Shown in pieces: positions 34,320-36,268 of a stretch of DNA of 36,268 nt. Numbering within the stretch: position 1 is the first letter of the stretch; the number at the start of each line of letters is the position of its first letter. The translations under genes were made by a program, and so were the position numbers. This DNA comes from Octopus bimaculoides (taxonomy: Eukaryota), in contig NC_068985.1 of the NCBI RefSeq assembly GCF_001194135.2, positions 75,260,886 through 75,297,153 on the forward strand, read 5' to 3'. The notes under the pieces were generated by a model that was not told the origin of the DNA, ran no database searches, and was given only the letters and a program-made list of their open reading frames with translations.

Positions 34320-34679
34320 ATATATATATATATATAGTAAATATGATTTGCCAACATAACGTGGTAGTACTGATAAGGACGAATGCTACTGCTATTTAGC
34401 CCCAGGAAACATCGTTTCCAGCTTTGTGGCTATACGACACACTATCTATGTGGGAGTGCTGAGCTCCCTGTTCGAAAATATAATGACATTGATAGTATGT
34501 CATATAGCCAGCTAGAAACGACATTTCTTGGGGCAAAAACAACAGTAGCATCGTCCATTTCAGGACATCCACATTATGTTGGCATATAGGTTTTTCTTTA
34601 AAAACCTCTTACTGAATGTTTCTCTTTGAGATATTTCGAAAAAAAATTTATTTCTATATACATACATACATATATATGT

Positions 34680-34701
34680 GTATATATATATATATATAAA
34701 T

Positions 34702-34793
<92 letters not shown>
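34680..34793. repeat. (AT)n-(ATAG)n microsatellite
   Basis: Direct reading. Confidence 0.96.
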
Positions 34794-36005
34794 CACAATT
34801 AAAGGCTACAAACCTCATTCAGGGATAGCAAAATCCTATGAAAGTACTGATTAATTACCTATACAAATAGTATTCGACATTATATTTAATACTCCATTAC
34901 AAAGTAACTATATAAACCGTGGTTTATGTATATATCATTTATGATAATAATAAGATGGGAGGATAGAAAGGTAATTAATAAATTATTGTTAATTAAAATA
35001 TTGACAGCTGTCTCAGTTCAAGCTCTCAGAAAGTTCATTAATTAAATTAAAAAATCATTTGAAATTCGAATCTCTTCAGAGGTAGATAAAGGTATACAAC
35101 CATAGGTGTTTAATTTCTTCCTATTGAGTAAATGAGTGCACACCGTTAACTAATAAAAATATATAGATCAAGAACCTAGAATATATGTACAGCCCTTAGC
35201 AGCGAAGTAAGGTTGTGTACAGTTGTAAAACAATATATTCATCTGGAGTGTTAAGTATAATAAAGCTCAAGTAGATGTAATTGGTAAAAGAAAATGTCAT
35301 ACTATGCTATTATATCGATTATTATTAAATCAATATAAACTTAGTATGTAGAGTTTAATTCAAATGTGTACAGTTACTAATGTATAGTTAAGGTGGAAGA
35401 CATTCAGGCAATAAATTACTTATTAAAAAATCGAAATGGTTCAAAGAACATTTACTCAATATTAGGGTACATAAAAATTATAAATAAAAATAAATAAATT
35501 AAAATAAATAAATCAAAGTAGATAAAATGTGAAAATAGATAGAGAGAAAAAATTAAAAGAATGAATAAAGAATTATAAGTTATTAGCTTACATTCCTTAA
35601 AAATTTATTATTGAGCTAGACTAATAAAAATAAAGAGCTACTGGACAAAATTTAATTTAAAGATTTCTGATATGCAGCGTTCGTATGAAATACCGGAAGT
35701 AAATATGTTAGGTTACGGAAAAATGGTATTTAACATAAATAAATATACAAAGATAGAAAGTAAGGGGAACAAAAATATGCTAATAAAAATGATAAGCGCT
35801 TAAATATGGGTCAATTCAAGATGTTAAATTAAAATTCATTAATAAAAATAAAATAGTTCAATATACAAATAGTTAAATATAAAGCTTCTCAAAACCGGAA
35901 GTAGGTATTCATCTATAGGTTAATGGTTAAATAAAAATGTAGGAATAAATTAATTGAGGGAATACAAAATTTAGGGACACACCAAATGTGTGTGTGTGTG
36001 TGTGT

Positions 36006-36215
36006 CTTTTATCTTTTATATATTTCAGTCATTAGACTGCGGCCATGCTGGGTCACCGCTTTGAAGAACTCTTAGTCGAATGAATTGACTCCTGTAATTA
36101 TTTTATTTAAGCCTGTACCTATTTTGTTGGTTTATGTTTGCCGAAACGCTTAGTTACAGGGATGTAAACATACCAACACCAGTCAGTTTCAAGGGGTGGT
36201 TGGGGCCAAACAAAA
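36006..36215 (-). mobile_element. SINE remnant
   Basis: Reverse complement contains aagcggtgacccagcatggccgcagtctaatgactgaaa followed by an A-rich tail; resembles 23195-23355. Confidence 0.7.
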
Positions 36216-36236
36216 ACACAGATACACACCCATCAA

Positions 36237-36268
<32 letters not shown>

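Noticed and set aside
34800-35980. Very AT-rich, A-skewed stretch as a NUMT or regulatory module (ACCGGAAGTA at 35692 and 35894)
   Set aside because: No mitochondrial gene or tRNA is recognisable; two 10-mers alone do not support a call.
111-36268. Homopolymeric or dipeptide ORFs (poly-I, CV/HT, poly-Y/H, poly-R/T/F, IYLS) and ORFs spanning N runs
   Set aside because: They are translations of microsatellites or assembly gaps, not genes.

Overview
AT-rich eukaryotic scaffold, dense in microsatellites, with three N gaps. The repeat landscape suggests a cephalopod or octopus-like genome (inference). No host gene can be called with confidence, and nearly all coding signal is decayed transposable element. 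Contents: (1) two Penelope-like elements (PLEs) of different RT types; the one at 27796-30346 has a 13-bp TSD, a GIY-YIG endonuclease and a pseudo-LTR (pLTR) combining a tRNA-like Pol III head, an (AAT)n tract and a minimal hammerhead ribozyme, and a degenerate pLTR/hammerhead copy sits at the window start; (2) a head-to-tail array of six R4/Dong-clade RLE non-LTR retrotransposon pieces (10256-18345), all minus strand and mostly separated by (AAT)n-type tracts, plus a seventh 5' fragment near the start; (3) an internally deleted Ty3/Gypsy element with both ~180-bp LTRs; (4) a near full-length mariner with TIRs and TA TSD; (5) several SINE remnants. The most notable observations are the tRNA-head plus dimer-type hammerhead pLTR, the apparently self-seeding Dong array, and a 48-codon in-frame microsatellite inside an RLE active-site motif. 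All alignments were done by eye, and boundaries of decayed copies are approximate.
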